DNA of 64,000 nt from Candidatus Poribacteria bacterium (GTDB lineage Bacteria; Poribacteria; WGA-4E; PCPOR2b): NCBI GenBank assembly GCA_965198175.1, contig OZ240245.1, positions 1,664,001 to 1,728,000 on the forward strand, written 5' to 3'. Under the pieces are notes generated by a model that saw nothing but the letters and a program-made list of their open reading frames with translations, was not told where the DNA came from and did not search any database. Positions 60,172-64,000 of this stretch are shown here, piece by piece (the stretch's first letter is position 1; each line of letters begins with the position of its first letter). Made by a program: the position numbers and the translations under genes.

Positions 60172-63100
60172 CTATTTCATGATGAGCATTTTCCGCGTGG
60201 TGGAATAGGCGCCTGCGGATAGGTGATAGAAATACACACCGCTTGCGACCGATTCCCCTTGATTGTTACGACCATCCCAGTAAATCGCTGATGCACGCGA
60301 CTCGTACCCAGCGGCTGGTTTGAAGCCGACATCAATGGTCCGCACCAAGCTACCGTTGGTGTGATAGATTTCTAACGTCACTTCGGCAGCTTTCGCTAAC
60401 CGGTACGGTATCCACGTCTCCGGGTTGAACGGATTCGGGTAGTTCGCCAACAGCTCGGTCTCCGACGGAATCTCATAGAGTTCCACGTCGGGTAGGCTAA
60501 TACGGTACGTCAACACCTCTTCCGCGCTAACCACAATCTGCGGTACCGGTCGCACGCCGACGTACGGGTTCGGTGAATGCACTGCAATTTCTATCACATC
60601 ACCAACCTTCGCTGCGTGGCGGCTCAATTCAACAAACGTCCCGCTGTAGGAAGTCGCTGATGTCTCCGTTCCGAGAACGGTGTCGAGCGAGGCGCCCGTG
60701 GACAGGTTCTTCACAGTGACACGGAGCTCAAGAACCCGTGACAACATGTTGAACTCGTCCATCACGCCGCCCTCAACATACAGCACCGGTGTGTGCGTGC
60801 CGTCGAACACCACTGCGGGCGCAGCCGAAACGGCTCCGGAATTATCCCACGGCGAACCGACTATCGGGATGCTGGTTGCTTCCATTCCAGTGTAGACAAC
60901 AAGGTAGCCGACCCCGCCCATGATAGGACCGTCACCTTCTTGACCGGCTGCAGTAATCGTGTGGAATCCCATTCCATCGGCTTTGGAGACCGCGATGGCA
61001 CCGACACCGTCGACTAGCAGGCCGCTAATCATTTTGGGACCCGCTGCCGGTTTAAGCGGCAAACCGACGAGATTGTTCCCCACGTCAATGTTAATCATGG
61101 AATCGCCGCCGGCACCTAACGCATCGCCAACGAGTTCAAGCGTCTTAGCGTCGGACATCACCACAATCAAACCGGTATCGTCCTCGATTGCCGCGTCCAC
61201 TGCGCTGCCCGCGCTGATATCGCCGAGGTAGGTCTTCCATCCACCGTCGTCGCCGACCGTAATGATGTAGTTGACCGCATCGCCGAGCGCGTTGTATAGG
61301 TCGCCGACGGTCTCAATCGTCGCATCTTCGCCGTTAATCTGGTTAACAGCCAACGGGATATGAATCGCATGTGTGCCCGCTGGGATTGACAACGTAAACA
61401 TCGGCATCCTCGCGGCTTCGATGGTCAGTAAAGCGACAGTCTCGGAATTTCCTTCGACACTCACGCGAACCGTGTTTGTGCCGGGCGTGCTGCCAAGGGT
61501 GAGTGTACTCTCCGCCCTGCCGTTTTCATTGGTCGTAGCACGTGTGGTACGGAGCGTTCCACCGCCTGCAGTGACAGTAAACGTGACCTCGACACCCGGT
61601 AGAGGTTTATCAGTCTGGTCGCGCACTTCTACCACAAACGGTTTTTCAAGCACCTCACCGGGTAAACCCTCTTGGTCAGCCCCAGAGATTATCTCAAGTT
61701 CCTTGGGTATTCGGCTGCCTTCTGCATTAAACGTCCGTGTTTCCTGACTCCCGGTAACAGACACAGTAACAGTGTTTGTTCCCGGATTTGGGCCCAATGT
61801 GAGAACACTCTCTGCTCTGCCGTTTGCGTCAGTGGTTGTGCTTGTAACACTGAGCGTTCCCCCGCCCGCGGTGATGGCAAATGTAACGACAACCCCTTCA
61901 AGCCTGGAACCGTCCGCATCGCGCACTTCCACGACAAACGGTTTTTCAAGCACCTCACCGGGTAAACCCTCTTGGTCAGCCCCAGAGATTATCTCAAGTT
62001 TCTTAGGTATTCGGCTGCCTTCGGCATTAAACGTCCGTGTCTCCTGACTCCCGGTAACAGACACAGTAACAGTGTTCGTCCCCGGATTTGGGCCCAATGT
62101 GAGAATACTCTCCGCCCTGCCGTTTTCATCGGTGGTGGCGATTTCGGGTTGGACTGTCCCGCCGCCTGTGGTGACGGTAAACGTGACCTCGACACCCGGT
62201 AGAGGTTTATCTGTCTGGTCTCGGACTTCTACGACAAACGGTTTTTCAAGTGTCGTGCCGGGCAGCCCCTCTTGGTCTTTTCCCGAGATTATCTCCAATG
62301 TCTTGGGAACTCCGATTCCTTCGGCAGTAAACGTTTGCCCTTCCTGAATCCCTGTAACGGCTACAGTGACAGTGTTTGTTCCCGGAGCTGGCCCCAACGT
62401 AAAAGTACTCTCCGCTCTGCCGTTCGTATCAGTCGTTGTACTTGTGACACTGAGCGTTCCCCCGCCTGCGGTGACCGTAAACGTAATTGGAACCCCCTCA
62501 AAGGCAGCACGATTCTCATCCTGTACTTCAACGACAAACTGGTTTGCGAGCGGTGCACCAGGTAAACCTACCTGTGCGTCGCCTGAGATTCTCCGAATTG
62601 TCTGAGGTGTTCGGTCGTCAAATTCTACCACAATTCCTCTACCTTGGAGGGTTGGAATATGGGTCTTTATTGATGTGTAGCTAAGGGGGTTTCCCCGAAC
62701 ATAGATCTCATCTCCACTTCCCAATCCCGTATTGGCTGCCAAGGGCAAGAGGTCTAATATCGCGTTGTGGTTAAGTTTCAGCAACGTCAGATTCGTCAAG
62801 CCTGCCAAAGCCGAGATGTCTGATATGTTGTTGTTGTCAAGCCCCAAGCGGCTCAGTTTGGTTAATCCCGCAAGGGGTGAGATGTCCGATATCGAGTTGC
62901 CGTTAACCCACAGTGCCGTCAGGTTTGTTAATCCCACCAAAGCTGACACATCCGAAATAGCGTTATTGGCTGCAAACCCCAGATGTGTCAGTTTGGTTAG
63001 GCCCGCTACAGGCGAGATGTCTGATACCGAACTTTTCCAAAGGTCCAGATGTGTTAGATTGGTCGCATGTTTCAACCCGGTCAGATTGTTGATGCCCGCC

Positions 63101-64000
63101 TCCGGTGCGTCAAGGCGCGTCAAAGTTGCCATCTCCGCGGCGGTAATTGTGACACCTGACGCTTTGCCGAGGGCGGTCTCAACCGCAGCGCGGAGATTGA
63201 GATCGGGGAGGTCTACCGCGGGCTCCACCACGGCGTTAAAGGTCACCGTCCCCTCAATTCCAGCGGCAGACACGGAAACAGCATTTGTTCCCAGATTTGT
63301 TCCCAGTGTGAGCGTACTTTGTGCTCTACCGTTTTCATCAGTCGTGGTGCGCGTAACACTGAGCGTTCCATCGCCTGCGATGACAGCAAAAGTGACAACA
63401 ATTTCTTCAAACGCAATACCATTCTGATCTATGACTTTAACGACAAGTGGGTCAGGCAGCGGTGTGATGGACATGCCATGCTGGTTATCGCCTGAGATTT
63501 TTTCTAGTGTCGTAGGTATTCGGTTGGTTGGGTCAGGCAGAATATCATCCTTCGTAAAAGTGAATCTGCTGCGTGTAATGCCTCCATAGACATCGATAAC
63601 ATGAAGTATTACTTCAGTAGCGGGTTCCACTGTTAATTCGGTTGTGATAAATTCAAGCGAGCTGTTTTCGCCTCTCAAGGATTTACACCCATGTAACTTA
63701 ATACTTGATCCTTCTACGGGATCTCTGGCAGTTGTTGGGATAATCAACTGTGCTTGATGGAGTCCATCAGTATCCGTTACTTCAAAGCGGAGACGGATAG
63801 CATTCGAGGAATATGCGAGGGGTGGGAGTATCTGAATCGTTGCAGGTTCATTGAAAGAAGTTTGGCTGGAGTTGAAGAAACGATTGGCATCTAACCATTC
63901 AGCAGCACATTTAGAGAGCCGGCCCCGCTTTCCATAAGACATGGTGTACACATCGTTGCGGAAATCATGCCGTAATCCAAAGGTGTGTCCGAGTTCATGG
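60172..64000 (-). CDS. 5'-partial large surface protein: metzincin motif, internalin-like LRRs, Big_1-like Ig repeats, FlgD/Ig-like tail
   Basis: Frame open to the window edge with HELGHTFGLRH; ISDISPLAGLTKL LRRs; ~100-aa ISG.DQEG.PG repeats; NYPNPFNPETWIPY. Confidence 0.85.
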   Translation of the reverse strand, partial: HELGHTFGLRHDFRNDVYTMSYGKRGRLSKCAAEWLDANRFFNSSQTSFNEPATIQILPPLAYSSNAIRLRFEVTDTDGLHQAQLIIPTTARDPVEGSSIKLHGCKSLRGENSSLEFITTELTVEPATEVILHVIDVYGGITRSRFTFTKDDILPDPTNRIPTTLEKISGDNQHGMSITPLPDPLVVKVIDQNGIAFEEIVVTFAVIAGDGTLSVTRTTTDENGRAQSTLTLGTNLGTNAVSVSAAGIEGTVTFNAVVEPAVDLPDLNLRAAVETALGKASGVTITAAEMATLTRLDAPEAGINNLTGLKHATNLTHLDLWKSSVSDISPVAGLTKLTHLGFAANNAISDVSALVGLTNLTALWVNGNSISDISPLAGLTKLSRLGLDNNNISDISALAGLTNLTLLKLNHNAILDLLPLAANTGLGSGDEIYVRGNPLSYTSIKTHIPTLQGRGIVVEFDDRTPQTIRRISGDAQVGLPGAPLANQFVVEVQDENRAAFEGVPITFTVTAGGGTLSVTSTTTDTNGRAESTFTLGPAPGTNTVTVAVTGIQEGQTFTAEGIGVPKTLEIISGKDQEGLPGTTLEKPFVVEVRDQTDKPLPGVEVTFTVTTGGGTVQPEIATTDENGRAESILTLGPNPGTNTVTVSVTGSQETRTFNAEGSRIPKKLEIISGADQEGLPGEVLEKPFVVEVRDADGSRLEGVVVTFAITAGGGTLSVTSTTTDANGRAESVLTLGPNPGTNTVTVSVTGSQETRTFNAEGSRIPKELEIISGADQEGLPGEVLEKPFVVEVRDQTDKPLPGVEVTFTVTAGGGTLRTTRATTNENGRAESTLTLGSTPGTNTVRVSVEGNSETVALLTIEAARMPMFTLSIPAGTHAIHIPLAVNQINGEDATIETVGDLYNALGDAVNYIITVGDDGGWKTYLGDISAGSAVDAAIEDDTGLIVVMSDAKTLELVGDALGAGGDSMINIDVGNNLVGLPLKPAAGPKMISGLLVDGVGAIAVSKADGMGFHTITAAGQEGDGPIMGGVGYLVVYTGMEATSIPIVGSPWDNSGAVSAAPAVVFDGTHTPVLYVEGGVMDEFNMLSRVLELRVTVKNLSTGASLDTVLGTETSATSYSGTFVELSRHAAKVGDVIEIAVHSPNPYVGVRPVPQIVVSAEEVLTYRISLPDVELYEIPSETELLANYPNPFNPETWIPYRLAKAAEVTLEIYHTNGSLVRTIDVGFKPAAGYESRASAIYWDGRNNQGESVASGVYFYHLSAGAYSTTRKMLIMK
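61440..62600 (-). repeat. ~300-nt tandem Ig-domain coding repeats (4 copies)
   Basis: For example, ACAAACGGTTTTTCAAG recurs near 61634, 61934 and 62234. Confidence 0.8.

Noticed and set aside
1..64000. tRNA or rRNA genes, prophage structural genes
   Set aside because: None recognised by eye

Overview
64-kb bacterial window. The gene repertoire suggests Candidatus Poribacteria or a relative (inference only): WD40/PD40 propellers, a LamG protein and an LRR/Big protein with 'NYPNPFNPETWIPY' or 'V-x-P-x-x-[RK]-x-x-T-x-W-[GA]-x-I-K' tails, a PhyH dioxygenase and an extended ECF sigma factor. Layout: (1) 0.1-5.5 kb, metabolic and transport genes plus a candidate ~180-nt structured leader/ncRNA. 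(2) 6-20.4 kb, a duplicated array of secreted beta-propeller genes with ECF sigma factors. (3) 20.5-27.9 kb, an IS701 element, a DUF1828 gene pair, an orphan type I hsdR with an M48 peptidase, and toxin-antitoxin relics. (4) 28-38.4 kb, co-oriented small detox/repair genes (five VOC, DUF1801, GyrI, DUF899, AlkD-like, ankyrin, TM0106, radical SAM). (5) 38.4-54 kb, a minus-strand defence island: type III res, ImmA/IrrE + DUF4411, a decayed MNT, type III mod, an ABC-type ATPase, an IetAS-like ATPase/subtilase pair and a RelE-UvrD fusion. (6) 54-64 kb, housekeeping genes (purN and others) and a 5'-partial metzincin-LRR-Big surface protein. The most striking observation is that the type III mod gene is split by a four-helix-bundle (23S-IVP/Avd-like) gene enclosed by a 17-bp inverted repeat. 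Removing exactly those 406 nt restores the Mod reading frame, and a second frame also stays open across the whole insert. Just upstream of mod lies a seven-hairpin covarying palindrome array. All calls were made by eye from motifs; no searches were run.
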